The notes beneath the pieces were generated by a model, which saw only the letters and a list, made by a program, of their open reading frames with translations, did not search any database and was not told where the DNA came from. Made by a program: the position numbers and the translations under genes. Below, one piece after another: positions 25,027 to 37,272 of a stretch of DNA of 64,000 nt; position 1 is the first letter of the stretch; each line of letters opens with the position of its first letter. This DNA comes from Syncephalis fuscata S228 (Eukaryota; Fungi; Zoopagomycota), in NCBI GenBank assembly GCA_025786725.1, contig JAHLTZ010000018.1:1-64000 (forward strand). The letters run 5' to 3'.

Positions 25027-27482
25027 ATGACAACGTCCCCGGCCAACACTGCCACGACTACGTCAGCGTCCACGTCGAATCGACCGGCCGTTCAGTTTGC
25101 CTGTAAGTCTGCCGCGGTGCATTACGTATTAGATGATGGCGCTGACCTCAGCCACTTGCATTTAGATCGATCCAGTAAGGAATTGGGTGCCTGTTTTGGC
25201 CCACCGGAGAATTCACTAGTGGCGGAAAAGTAGGTCATATATAAAGCGTGCACACTTGCACTTGTATACATTTGCTGGCAGTGACTGACGATTGATTGCG
25301 TGACTAGGCAAACAGGCAATATCCGTATTTTTGTTTACAGCAAAGATGGCCGTTTTCTCGCATGGGCAACACCCGAGAAGTAAGTGCAGTATTAATGGGC
25401 GAGTGCTATTGCCGCTAACACTGCGCTTTCTTAGAGTTCAGGTAGTTGAAGCGGCAACTATGCAGCCTGTCTGCGAGATAGTGCGCAATAATATATTGGA
25501 TTTAGAATTTTCACCGCGTGGCAATTTTCTTTCTACTTGGGAGCGCTATGGTAATTATTGCACATTTATTGATTAATATATTTTAACAATTATTGCACAA
25601 ATCTATCTATAATAGTTAAAAACGAAGGCGATGCGCCAGTTCATCGCAATATGATAATCTGGAACACAATTGGCGCAACAGAAGCCGCTTCATTTACACA
25701 ACGATCGCAAACAGGCTGGAACGTGCAATGGACGCATGATGAATCATTCTGCGCGCGTCTTGTCACCAATGAAATTCACCTGTATCCTGCCAAACAGCTA
25801 GCCAAAGGTACACACAGTAACCTTCGATTGGAGGGCGTATCCAGCTTCTCTATTTCTCCTGGCAAATCGCCATCAATTGCTGCATTCATACCGGAACGTA
25901 AAGGTGCACCAGCCAGCATACGTGTATTCAGCTTGACCGACTTTCAACGCCCATCGGCCCTTAAGACGTTCTTTAAAGCCGATATGGTACAGATGTACTG
26001 GAACGATCTTGGCACTCATTTGATTGTACTTACTCAAACGGATGTGGACAATACGGGCAAGTCCTACTACGGCGAAACAGGTCTCTACTACTTGGCAGTA
26101 TCGGGCAGTTACGACTGCCGAGTAACACTTGATAAAGAAGGTCCTATCCACGATGTTACTTGGAGTCCAAATTCAAAGGAATTTGTTGTTATCTATGGAT
26201 TTATGCCGGCCAAGGCAACGCTATTTGACCATCGAGCCAATGCCATCCATAACTTTGGTACATTGCCGCGCAACTACGTGCGTTTCAGTCCACATGGTCG
26301 TTTTGTTTGTCTAGCTGGATTTGGTAATTTGGCTGGTACGGTAGATATTTGGGATCGGAAGCGATTGACCAAACTGTCAACCATTGAAGCAAATGGTGCA
26401 TCTGTTTGCGACTGGTGTCCTGATGGACGGCACTTAATGACGGCTACCCTTTCACCGCGTCTACGTGTCGACAATGGCTACAGAGTATGGCATTATCGTG
26501 GCGTGTTGGTGCACAAGGAGGATATTCAAGAGCTGTATCAGATTGCCTGGCGGCCTGCATCTGTCTCTCTTTATCCAGTGCGCAACACTTTGTCACCAGC
26601 ACCAAAAGGAATTGAAACTGAAGGCAGCAAGGCAGCAAACAGTAAGCTGAAACAGATAAAGACAAACTAATATATGTATACTAATCGCTATGGGCTATAG
26701 ACAAACCAGTGGGTGTATATAGGCCACCTGGTGCTCGAGCAGCAGCAGTACCTGGTCTATCAAAGGTATGTAACGCATAATATGGTATTTAAATGGATAT
26801 CTAATTAAATACAATGTAATTATGATGGGAAATGATAGCCGGGCGCTAGTACCAGTAAATTGATCCCAGGTGCCGCACCCAAAGAGACTGAAGGTAATGG
26901 ATAATTATATTAGTTTATTGTTTTTTATAAACATTAAACGATAGGTTCTGGGTCTAAATCAGCTTCAAAGAGCAAGAAGAAGAAAGACGGAAAGAAAAAG
27001 GCTGAGGTTAGTCAACTATTACTATTGCTATCTATTAATTCAATTACTAACACACATATTATAGACACCAAAGTCGGCACCCGAAACGAATGGCAATGGC
27101 AAACCTTCAGGTAGTGGTAGTAATGGTAAGTTATATGACATATAAGTAACTCTGCTAGTATTAGTATTATTCTAATACATGATGATATAGATAAAAAGTC
27201 GCCAGAACCTGCTGCTGCTGCTGCTGCTTCTCCCACACCAGCCGCGCCTAAACGGCAACTAACTGAAGCAGAAAAGAAAATCAAAGGCATTCAACGAAAA
27301 TTGAAGCAAATTGCCGAACTAAAGGAGCGTGTAGCACGCGGTGAACAGCTTGAATTGACACAGGTAAGTTTAAAACGATTACTTAGTCGATATATCGATA
27401 CATTTATCTGATTTTGTTATAATAGATCAAAAAGATTGATACAGAAGCAAGTTTACAAGAAGAATTGGCAGGACTTCAATAA
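25027..27482 (+). CDS. EIF2A: Eukaryotic translation initiation factor 2A, multi-exon
   Basis: FSPRGNFLSTWER, TDVDNTGKSYYGET, LDKEGPIHDVTWSP, AGFGNLAG, TATLSPRLRVDNG; C-terminal KKIKGIQRKLKQIAELK. Confidence 0.95.
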
Positions 27483-27557
27483 GAACCTTTTATTTTGTGA
27501 TGTCGCAATAATAAATAGATATATTTACTGTTATTACTTTTAGTATTATTATTATTA

Positions 27558-29168
27558 TTATAAAATAGGAACAAAATCGCAGATAATAAGTTGTCCAGAC
27601 TGTGGATGAAGTAGTACAAGTAGTGAAAGTGTGGGCAGGCTTAATTGATGCTGTGTAAGACCCGATGGATCCATTGAGTGGATTGTATGACCCGTCACTG
27701 GATCAAGTGTAAAGCTGTCGGCTGTTTTTGGTGAGTAAGCATAGGCCAAGGTATCGGATAGACATTGAAAGCGATACTGTTCCTGTAAGCTATACTCACT
27801 TAATACTGCACTCTGACCCAGTTGTCGTACTGAATAATGGCGCATACCAGCACCGGTATCCGTACGTCGAGTTAATAGTCTATTCTTGTTGGGTATGCAC
27901 GTTACAATGGCATCGTCCATTGGTTCACGCCATTGAAGCTTCTCCACGCCAAAACGTAAAACACCCACGTAAGTTTGAGCAGCTGTGCGTCGATTGAAAT
28001 CAACAGTCAGCAGCACACGCTGATCATCCAGTCTAGTGGAGGTGCCTTTTCGGCGTACTAGCATCGGCCAGTATGGACAATAGCCTGAAGTTAGCAGGTG
28101 GGGTGTTTTGCGCCCAATTGAAAATAGCTGCCAACGAAAGGCCGATGTAAGTCCGTGTGTTTTAGTTTCAAAGCCGACAAAAACGGCCACTGTCGTATTG
28201 TTCTGATTGCGGCACTTAATCGCCGCTTCTTCTAGTGATACATGCAAATGGCAGAATCCTGTAGCCGCAATCAGTTCACCAGTACACCATGTACTGGCTG
28301 ACAGGTCCATCACGCGATAACGGGAGTTGCCGCAATCTGGATCGTCTGAAGGATAGCAAAGACGTACCAAAAGCCAGCGACCAACTAACTGTTGCAGTTG
28401 AAGGCTATTTGGCGAATGAATCGTTGTCAATAATTCGCCACTATCTCTATGCCATACCCAGACACAGGCCATCCATGTGCGTAGCGTGTCCTGTAGTGTT
28501 GTTTCTTCTGCTGTTGAGCGATTAAATAATCGTCGATCAAGTAATAAACCTTGTTGTTTGGATCGTTTTTGACGTACAGCTGGATGTGAGTATACAATAC
28601 GACCACACACCACAACATAGTTCGAGGATACGATTGCTTTCTCCGGATAGGATGTGCAATCGGCCAACGTAGCCATTGCTAGTTCACGCCAGTAAGGTGG
28701 CTGATGTGCGTCTACTAAAAACAAACGTCGATCTTTTTCCGACATTAATAAGGCGCCCCAGTCGGATTTGCCAAGTAGTCTGTAGCGATAGTGCTGTGTT
28801 AATGATGGAAGCTGCTGTATATGTTCACGATATTGGCCATATTTCCAATTGAATTCGGTTCGATTGCGATACAAATATGCTTTATACCAATTGATATTAC
28901 TGGGTGCAGGCAAGCTACCATTTAACAAATAACGTGCATCTTGTAGTTCGTTTGCACTTAACAATAACCGAGATTGAAATGTAGCCAGCCAAGCCGCTTC
29001 AGCTTCTGTCTCTAAGCTATACTTTTTACTATATTGTAGCTTCCATAAGTCTACATTAGCTGTAATGAATACTCGAAAGCGATTATTTGTCGCAGCCAAC
29101 GACATAATAGTATTAACAGAAAGCCAGGCTGCGATCGTGCCCATAATCTCCTTCGGTAGTTGTTCCAT
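27558..29168 (-). CDS. F-box domain protein, intronless, 536 aa, divergent C-terminus
   Basis: N-terminal MEQLPKEIMGTIAAWL...LAATNNRFR...LWK F-box pattern; WYKAY...TEFNWKYG post-F-box motif. Confidence 0.78.
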   Translation of the reverse strand: MEQLPKEIMGTIAAWLSVNTIMSLAATNNRFRVFITANVDLWKLQYSKKYSLETEAEAAWLATFQSRLLLSANELQDARYLLNGSLPAPSNINWYKAYLYRNRTEFNWKYGQYREHIQQLPSLTQHYRYRLLGKSDWGALLMSEKDRRLFLVDAHQPPYWRELAMATLADCTSYPEKAIVSSNYVVVCGRIVYSHPAVRQKRSKQQGLLLDRRLFNRSTAEETTLQDTLRTWMACVWVWHRDSGELLTTIHSPNSLQLQQLVGRWLLVRLCYPSDDPDCGNSRYRVMDLSASTWCTGELIAATGFCHLHVSLEEAAIKCRNQNNTTVAVFVGFETKTHGLTSAFRWQLFSIGRKTPHLLTSGYCPYWPMLVRRKGTSTRLDDQRVLLTVDFNRRTAAQTYVGVLRFGVEKLQWREPMDDAIVTCIPNKNRLLTRRTDTGAGMRHYSVRQLGQSAVLSEYSLQEQYRFQCLSDTLAYAYSPKTADSFTLDPVTGHTIHSMDPSGLTQHQLSLPTLSLLVLLHPQSGQLIICDFVPIL

Positions 29169-30659
29169 ATCGTTATAGAAATAATTATAAGCAATGTATT
29201 GATAATACTAGTAATATTAATGGTGACCAACGATAACGGACAGATAGACGACGAAATAGGCAGCAAGAGTTGCGTTGTTGTATCAACAGTTAATAAGAAA
29301 TATTCCTTAAAATAAAATGGAAAATAAATATAATCACGTGTTGTTGTTATTTTGTGACACGATAAATAGCGTCACCTGTGTTGTATTGCTGGAATATAAC
29401 TAAATAGTATGATAATTACTACAGTTGTAACAAAGAAAGAAATTGAAAAATAAGTTATGTGTTGTATTAAGCTTTATTAATATAGAACAAATAATTGAAT
29501 ACACATTTATTTTAATCTAACTGATGATGCTAAATTATGCAAAAAATGTAATTTGTTTCATTATGATTTATTGGTTTACCATTGGTATTATTGTATCTGT
29601 AGTAGCTCAAAACAGTCAAGCGAAACTTAATCTGTATATCGCAAGGTATTCAGTTATACGTTTATCACTTAAAATACTCATAGTATAATTATGGACTACA
29701 GCTTGGTGGAGCATCTTGATTATTGGCGTGTTTCTTGTTTATTATTAAACGTTATAAGCAATTTAATGATTATCCAGTTTGTTAATAGGTATCGATTACT
29801 TTTACAGTTTTATTTTATTATCATTATTGATGTTAGTGCCCTATATTGTCGAATAGCTATGCCAATATAATTAGAATATAAAGACTGTATCTAAAGGCAT
29901 TGCTGTAATTATTAAGTATATCACCATACGTTTACTATTGTTATAGCCATCAACACTCAGCACCTATTATAAACTACTTAGTTTATTCAGTCATTTAAAT
30001 TTGAAGGTAAAGATTGTAATAAACCAATTCACTTTTCATTAATAGCGGCAAGATGTTTTGAATATTGACATTGAAATCATCTAGTGCCATGCACAAAGAC
30101 TAAATTAGAAAAATCAAAGCCTAACCCTTCAAATCTTTCAAATGGCTACAATGATATTGCATAGATCTAGATACATGTTTTTAAACATTTTTAGTTAGAA
30201 TCAAAGTATAGCAATATGAACACCATGCATAATAATAGCATTATTTCATTTTAAAATTTTATACCAATGCAATCACATTAGCAGCAATTAGGCAAAAAGA
30301 CCAATGTTATAAAACAAAAAGAAAAGGTTTATTGCATGACAGTCCCAGTCACACGCAAGTAACAGCTTAGCATTAGTTGTCGGTGCCATTTTCAACCGAC
30401 TAGCAATAGAATTGTACACGGCTGTTTGCATAGTATCATTTGTGTTTGCAGAAATCTATTAAATCAATAAATGCAGCAATGCTTATTTAATAATTTAAAA
30501 TGACACGTATTTAAACTATAAACTGATAGGTTATATATCTACAAAGTACGTGGTCAATGGTTGGCCACGAATGCTGACACCGGCTACACTACTAGTCCAG
30601 GAAAAGTAGCGCAATAATGAAACTTTCGATGCAATATTGCTTAGTCACAACCAGCTACT

Positions 30660-31184
30660 TTTCAGGAACAAGTACTGATGAGTGGGATTATTCAGGTGGT
30701 GGAAAAAGCAATGAAGGCAGTTGGTGGAAAGGTAACAGCGCAGATAGCTAACATATCCATCGTATTGATAACTGTGCAAACACACAGTAGCAGATCACAC
30801 TGCTGTACTGGCGCTAAAGACTTGCTTAGCGACTATACTGACAGTGCGATCTGTAGTAGTAGTCATAACAAAAACAAAGCATACAGCGAGGCTTTACAAC
30901 ATATATTCAACATAGTATAAAAAGTCAAAGATGCAATTACTATGCCAACAAAACCATTAATACTAATGATCAGAGTGATAAAAATGATTTGTAAAAAGAG
31001 GTCGGATCACAAAAGAGCATTGCAAGAGAGTAATATAAATATTGTTTGTATTTGACTAATAACACTATCTATGAAGCATATATGGAATGTACAAATATAT
31101 GCTATCAAGTGTAAAGAAAGAGAAAGAAAAATATGATGACGTAGGTTGTGAGACGTGGAACCTGTCAGTCAATATTTATAAACA
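30660..31184 (+). mobile_element. Degenerate Copia-like 3' relic with LTR-like segment (~30985-31184)
   Basis: Diverged direct repeat of 35630-36180; both end ...cctgtcagtcaatatttataaaca. Confidence 0.45.
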
Positions 31185-31411
31185 GTGTTAAATTTATTAT
31201 AGTTTGTTGTCATAATTTATACAGTTGCAGCTTCTGTTATAACTCTACTGATTCGAGCTGCCATTAAAGGTTAAAGTTACATAATATTAATAACAATTGC
31301 TTTATTGAATTATTATAATAATATTTGAATAAATTACATTGTTTGATTTCCTTTCTTCCCCTGATTGCTTAATCAACGTTACATCATCACATTACTGGTG
31401 TTGTAACAATA

Positions 31412-32206
31412 CTAAGTATAGTTTCATGTAAAATAAAGCAAATTGCTTGATATTTTGCACAAGTATGCGTATAACATGTAAGTAGCTACTGGCAAAGTAT
31501 ACCGTTATTGTATTGTGTGATGGTGTAATAATTATAATAATACGCTAATAAATGTGCAAAAATGGCAGTTTTTAGTCATTTATGACATGTATAAACAAAA
31601 TACAGCAAAATGATTGCCAGATTCGAGTTCCCCGTGCTTGGCTGTATCGTTTGGTATCACTTATAGAACAATGATTTTTGCAAAAAATGTTAGCCAAAAA
31701 TACGATTTACGTAAATATTTATTAACAAAAAGATGATTAAACTTTATGATTTCAAAATTAATATTAAAAATTAAATGAAATTAAATAAATTTGAAACTCT
31801 CTACTATAACAATTACAATAACAAGTTAATATGAACAAATACCGATATACAGTGGTAATCTATGCTATTGATATACATATAGCTTGAATTTTTGTTACTA
31901 TTTACACGTAAATCGTATTTTCGGCTAACATTTTTTGCAAAAATCATTGTTCTATAAGTCATACCAAACGATACAGCCAAGCACAGGGAACTCGAATCTG
32001 GCAATCATTTTGCTGTAGTTTGTTTATACAAGCCATAAATGACTAAAAACTGCCATTTTTGCACATTTATTAGCGTATTATTATAATTATTACACCATCA
32101 CACGATACAATAACGATATACGTTGCCAATAGCTACTTACATGTTATACGCACACTTGTGCAAAATATCAAGCAATTTGCTTTATTATACGTAAAGTTAT
32201 ACGTAG
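31412..32206. mobile_element. Foldback/MITE-like element, copy 2
   Basis: Same ~300-bp inverted arms as 3112-3903, inside the duplicated arm. Confidence 0.8.
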
Positions 32207-33805
32207 CTTTAGCATTTTATTAATTAAACGATTACTATTGTTTTTAATTCACATTTTATGATGGTAATAGATATTAAAACACAAATGGCACATTTCGAGT
32301 TTGCCATAGCCATTAGAAATAACAAATATTACAAGTTAGGATGGCATAGTTATTAGAAATATTAAATACCAAATTTTATAATGTGCATCTGTAGTAACAA
32401 TAACCGATACTGTCATTTTACAATGCTCATGACTATTACACATTGTGCCAGAACATTAACATCACCAGTGTAGCTATTATTTGGAATCAAGATCTACAGT
32501 TGAACGTGCTGCTGGTATTTTTGTTTGTAGTTGAATATTGCCAATCTGATCGCCAACTGTCAAAAGTTGTTTGATATCAATGATGAGCACAATGTGTAAA
32601 TATAATATTGACAGCGCAGCTATTAAATATAGATACTTTATGACAGATGCGTATCGATTGAAGTGCTTGGCGATGCTATCAATGATAGGTTTAAGGCTAT
32701 CTTTTTCTTATTATTGTCGGTAATGCAAGTAAGGTATTTTTTGTTAGTTCTCCAGCACAAGTATCAATAAATCATTTATCTCTACTACTTGTATAGCCGT
32801 GGTTATGCCTACAATACGATAAATTATGCAATATGGTTTCATCAGCAGGCAAATTGTAGACAAACATTGAAACATTAGCACGTTTTGTCAATTTGATGTT
32901 CAAGTTTGGCATGTTATAACAATTGGATTCGCTGTAGTTGATAGCAGCATTGTGTTTGCATTGCACGTGAAGTGTTCGTATTTATAGCAGCATTGGTTTA
33001 TTATCCAATCGTTTGCCTGCTGGTCTACTACAACGCCTTGGACTGATATATACATAATAAGTACGACTGTCATTAAAGCAATATTATCGAGTTATAGCGA
33101 TATTGTACCAAACAATCGGAATGTTTTTATGGGTCTTGGCCTTATCACTGGTGCATGAAATCACAGATTATAATCGGTAAATACAGCAATGCATGAAACT
33201 TCAAACCAGTACCGCAAAGGTTGGGTCAAAACTTTGATGCAATAAAGCGAGCACAAACTTGTATCGTGCAAGAATATGAAACATGCAGTGTGCTATAATG
33301 AGTAAAATCAGTTCTACAATATAGCACATTGATCTATGTGCTGGTATATTTGTTAATATAAATCACTATTTCTAAGAATAAAAACAATTTATAGCATACA
33401 AGTATAGTTGGCAAATTGTGGTAACATAATGTATAGAAGATGCAATTTTGATAACAATGGGATAGTTGGTTGACTACATGAAACACGAAAGTAAGAGCCA
33501 TTAAGGACAGGTGTGTTTTAGCATGGTGTGCTTGGAGATGTTGTTTATTGCATCATTCAAGACCTAAAAAAGAACACCCCTGGTCATGGGTATAATCACG
33601 AAACACATTTTAATATCTGCCAATATGAGATTGAATATAAATACTCGGCTATCTATATGGTCAATGGTTGATTCAGCATCTCAAAGCAACAGCTTCTGCA
33701 ACAAATTACGCCATCATCTTTACGCCATTGATTACAGCTAGTCTGATCAACCAACTAAACTCACCACTGTTACGCACAACGTTTAAACTTACGAACATTA
33801 TCATC

Positions 33806-34291
33806 ATGCAATTCCTCACTACTCTTGTTATGATTACTGCATTCGTCGCTAGTGCGATCGAAGTAAGCGCCGGTCCGGTTAGCTTCGATCCAACAAAGAT
33901 GATTTGCCTGGTCAACAAATTCCGCGCTGGAAAAAAGCTTCCACCATTTGCAGTTTATGTCGGCCTAAACAAAGCTGCACAGGACCATAGTACACTTCAA
34001 GCCCGCAACAAGCAAGTCGGCCATGAACTTCCTGGTGAGCTTGGCTTAATGCAGCGCTGTTCCGCCGGCGGTGGTGGATGGAACAGTGTAAGCGAAAATG
34101 TTGCAGGTGGACAGACATCTATGGAGCAAGTCATGAACAGCTGGATCAACTCGCCTGGCCATCTCAGGAATCTAGTAAGCGATGCTACGCATTTCGGCAG
34201 TGGCATGGCTTTAGACAGCAGCGGTCGAGCTTACTGGACACAAAACTTTGGTCGCAATGTTAAACTGCCAAAGGACCTCCCAAAATGCTAA
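33806..34291 (+). CDS. Secreted CAP/SCP domain protein, copy 2 (protein identical to copy 1)
   Basis: Identical translation to 1028-1513; TATA-like tataaata ~170 bp upstream. Confidence 0.9.
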   Translation: MQFLTTLVMITAFVASAIEVSAGPVSFDPTKMICLVNKFRAGKKLPPFAVYVGLNKAAQDHSTLQARNKQVGHELPGELGLMQRCSAGGGGWNSVSENVAGGQTSMEQVMNSWINSPGHLRNLVSDATHFGSGMALDSSGRAYWTQNFGRNVKLPKDLPKC

Positions 34292-35629
34292 ACAAGCAAC
34301 GACCTACAATTGAAATAGAATAATGGATAACATTAGAACTAGACCAGCATCAAGAGTTTTAATTAATAAAAGTTATTTTATTACAGTCCATCGTCTTTAG
34401 TTTACTAATTTACTCATGAATTTGAGTCAGACTAAACAGTTTATATTTAAAAGGTTGTCATTGTTAATGTCGATACAATCAAATAGCATAATCCATTTTG
34501 AAAAAAATTGCTGTTGATGTTGGCACTATTAGCGCAAATTGATTATTTGTTTGTCTAATGACTCTAGTATATTATAAGTGATTAGTTTAGACAAGTTTAA
34601 AATGTCATAAACTCAACAGCATTGTATTTAGTTTATTGCTTTTAATGAACAAAATAAATGCAGAATAGCAATGGATTATCATTTATAAATAAATGTCACA
34701 AATAAATAATAGTGTCAGCGATATATACTTGGATGTTCTGTACTGCACCATTAACACAGTGCATTATTTAATACGATTGCTCACACATTTACAACTAGCA
34801 AGTATTTATTGATCATATGATCGTAATTGCTGTTTTTATTGTTATTAATTGCTATCGATATTTGATATATATATTATTGTCCATTCACATACGATGTTAA
34901 CAATTAGTTTAATAACACGGTTTATCTAATAGTCACATCGTTATAGCAATACAAACATAACATCAAAATGGTAGCATTACGATAAGATATTTTATTGAAA
35001 ATGATCATTGTTTTTAACTTTTGAAATCACAGTTGTTTAGCTTTGTCATTAAAATCACTATGTTTGACTAGGATAGAATGGCATTACCATAGTGGATAGG
35101 ATATAGAGCATAAGTATAATGGTTATGATGCTGTTTATTAGTTTTATTTTATTATGTGTTAAGTTTAATTTATTTTAAAAGCTTCTATTGTTTGAATCAA
35201 AGTATAATAGTATGATTATAGCAGATAATGTAATGTTTACTTTTGAATCTACACGGCCAAACAATTGTAAGAGTAATAGCTTAGCGATGAACAGATAGAA
35301 TGAGGTAGATTACTAAGCAACTGAATAAAAACATGGCATCTCATTTAACGATAAGTGTAAAACAGTCTTTTTTGAATGTACGCCATAAATACACGGTAAA
35401 TTGTATGATTTTGTTTATGCTTGTTGGGCATGTTTTATTGAATAAAAACATAGCAATGTTTGTTTGATAAATAAAAAGTGATGCGTTTCCAACATAAACT
35501 AGTAGGATATGTTGCAAAAAGAATAACCTGCAACAATCCATCATAAACACTGGCACCAGCCACAATATTGGATCAGGAAAGGCAGTGTAAAAACAAAAAG
35601 GCTAATATAGCGCCTCAAAAACAACAATG

Positions 35630-36180
35630 CTTAGAAAAAAGTACTGATGAGTGAGATTGTTCGAGTTGGAAAAGAGCAAAGAATAAGACAATCAGCGGAG
35701 AGGGAACAGGACATACAGCTAATACAGCAATCATGTTGCCAAAGTCATTGCATGCTTTAGTTTTGCTATAGATTGCCACTATGAATCGTGCTAACAGCAG
35801 CCTGTACCGTCTCGACAGTAGCAAACCACACTGCCTTTGTTGAAATTGCAAAGCTGTTGTCAGATGACCTGTAATGGCGACCCATAGCAAAACAAAGCAT
35901 ACAACGAGATTTGCACGGTGCATATTCAACATAGCATAAACAAAGCCAGAAATGCACTTAACGTGCCAATAAAGATGCCAATATCAATGATTGAAGTGAA
36001 AAGATGCTTTGTAAATATGTAAGATTACAAAAGAGCAATGCAAGGACATAGTGTAAATAGCATATATAGAGTGTACAAGTATATGCAATGTATATATGCT
36101 ATCAAGTGTAAAGAAAGAGAAAGAGAAATGTGATGACGTAGATTGTGAGATGTGAGCCTGTCAGTCAATATTTATAAACA
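35630..36180 (+). mobile_element. Degenerate Ty1/Copia 3' end: RNase H remnant, purine tract, LTR-like TG...CA segment (36005-36180)
   Basis: One frame reads C*NCKAVVR*PVMATHSKTKHT...IA*TKP, with the spacing of Copia CDNxSAI-x-HxRTKHI...TKP. Then gaagtgaaaaga and tgctttgt...ataaaca. Confidence 0.5.
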
Positions 36181-36363
36181 GCCGAGTTTAATTGATTAAT
36201 AAATGGAGTGTGAAATAATAAAAGTCGATCTACCCAGCCATTTGATAAATCATAGAACAGATTAATAGTAAATGATGACTATTCTATATAGTTGTCATTC
36301 TTTTCACTCCATCATCTTGCTCTCTACAATTCTTAGACTTTAATTGTTTACACTATCATCACA

Positions 36364-37220
36364 ATGGGTATTATGTTAACAAAGCTGTGGCGTTTATGGA
36401 CAAGCGGTCAAAAACATAAGATTATTATTATTGGTCTGGACAATGCCGGCAAAACAACACTTCTATACCGACTGTAAGCTACTGTTGATTGAAGCTACGT
36501 TTACTAACGTTTACTACTTAAAGCTTGCTTAAACAGACTGTAACCACTTCACCCACTATTGGAAGTAACGTAGAAGTAAGTATTATAGAAGAATAAGCGC
36601 AAAACAGCTAATGCTTTGTTTAGGAAATTACTTATAAAAACATTCAATTTGTTATGTGGGATCTGGGTGGACAAGAGTCTTTACGCGCTTCATGGTCCAC
36701 CTATTTTGATAGTGCAGGTGTAAGTAATTGATAGAACTAGTAAGGTGTCACTAAGCAAAAAAATATTTAGGCGGTAGTCATGGTGGTGGATAGCATGGAT
36801 AAGAAACGAATGCCAGCTGTACGTGATGAATTGCACCGACTTGTGGCACAAGAGGCAAGTGTTTTTAAGTAACATAAAACGATTATTTGCCTAACTATCA
36901 TTGCAGAGTGTACAGGGTGCATGTATATTAGTGTTTGCTAATAAGCAAGACTTGGAAGGGGCATTAACTGCTGCTCAAGTATCGGAGGCTCTAGACCTTA
37001 CTAGCCTTAAAGAGCACCCATGGCAGATCCAGGTAAGCAGTTATGGACCCATATAAAACAATAGCATAATTACTTATGTATACACCACTAGGCATGTTCT
37101 GCCATCAAAGGCGAAGGATTACACGAGGGACTTGACTGGATTGTTAATCAACTAACTGGACATAGCGACAGTGACAATACTGGCGACCTTAAGGGAAAAG
37201 CCAGTGCTACTTCTTCTTAA
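36364..37220 (+). CDS. ARL5: ADP-ribosylation factor-like GTPase 5, multi-exon (one GC-AG intron, 36855-36906)
   Basis: MG myristoylation start; [49 protein letters not shown] is the Arl5-type signature. Confidence 0.85.
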
Positions 37221-37272
37221 AAACAACATTTACATTTTTTATTATTATTTCCTATCTACAATAATCAAGAAG

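Larger units (their letters stand above)
29735..35324. repeat. Right arm of large inverted duplication (may extend beyond 35324)
   Basis: Reverse complement of 1-5578 with only scattered substitutions and 1-nt indels. Confidence 0.97.

Noticed and set aside
29538-29734. Possible signal-peptide gene fragment with an intron, cut by the repeat breakpoint
   Set aside because: Two in-frame stops and too short to support a call.
1-35324. Whole region as one giant transposon (Starship/Polinton-like) with huge TIRs
   Set aside because: No tyrosine recombinase, polB or terminal integrase is visible; the interior holds ordinary housekeeping genes; the MULE has its own TIRs and TSD.
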